A DNA stretch of 64,000 nucleotides from Squalus acanthias (lineage: Eukaryota). The position numbers and the translations under genes were made by a program. The notes beneath the pieces were generated by a model. The model saw only the letters and a list, made by a program, of their open reading frames with translations, did not search any database and was not told the origin of the DNA. Below, piece after piece: positions 63,548 to 64,000 of the stretch (its first letter is position 1; the number at the start of each line of letters is the position of its first letter). The stretch is taken from positions 93,806,001 to 93,870,000 of the forward strand of contig CM059432.1 of the NCBI GenBank assembly GCA_030390025.1, given 5' to 3'.

Positions 63548-64000
63548 AATCAAGGAAAGCCAGCATGAGTTTGTTAAAGGCAAATCGTGTCCGACTAACT
63601 TGATTGAATTCTTAAATAAGGTAACAGAGAAGATTGATCAGGTAGTGCAGTAGATGTTGTATATATGAACTTTCGGAAGGCATTCAACAAAGTGCCACAG
63701 AGGAGGCTTATAACAAGATGGAAGCTCATGGAATTAAGGGGAAAGTTGCTGTATGGATAAAAAAAATTGTCTCAGTGACAGGAAGCAAAGGGGTGGTGGT
63801 GGATGAATGTTTTACAGACTGGGAGGTGGTCTGCAGTGGTGCTCCCCAAGGATCAGTTTTGGATCCATTACTCTTTGCAAATTTTATAAATGACCTAGAC
63901 ACTGGTGTAGGGAGCAGCATTATAAAATTTGCAGAGGATACAAAATTCGGCAAAGTAGTAGATAGTAATGAGGATAGTTATAGGCTTCAGTATGACAGAC

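Larger units (their letters stand above)
60870..64000 (+). mobile_element. CR1 LINE (ORF1 remnant + ORF2 EN-RT), runs off the window, interrupted by a PLE insertion
   Basis: MVCWLPGARVKDI, ALTETWL, SDHNIL, LNEYFASVFTKE, GPDGMHPR, GAPQGSVLDP. Confidence 0.92.

Overview
Vertebrate genomic DNA, most likely from a cartilaginous fish (inferred from the repeat families). It is not prokaryotic, so most ORF-track entries are spurious or LINE fragments. The whole window lies inside one minus-strand gene, EPB41L3 (protein 4.1B/DAL-1). I reconstructed 17 GT-AG-bounded, phase-compatible coding exons from 59755 down to 303: 13 with recognisable 4.1B peptides and 4 candidate cassettes. They cover the FERM C-terminal half, FA, U2, SAB and U3; the gene continues beyond both ends. 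Introns contain CR1 LINEs (one near full length with a tandem GC-box/TATA monomer 5' end), L2-like LINEs, SINEs, hAT and other MITEs, and several Penelope-like (PLE) insertions carrying minimal hammerhead ribozyme motifs. Notable structures: a perfect 121-bp-arm, hammerhead-bearing palindrome with TSD at 63261-63547; a ~1.14-kb micro-inversion at 32902-34039 readable from broken CR1/L2 collinearity; and candidate unannotated cassette exons. Homology statements come from recalled family sequences, not from searches.
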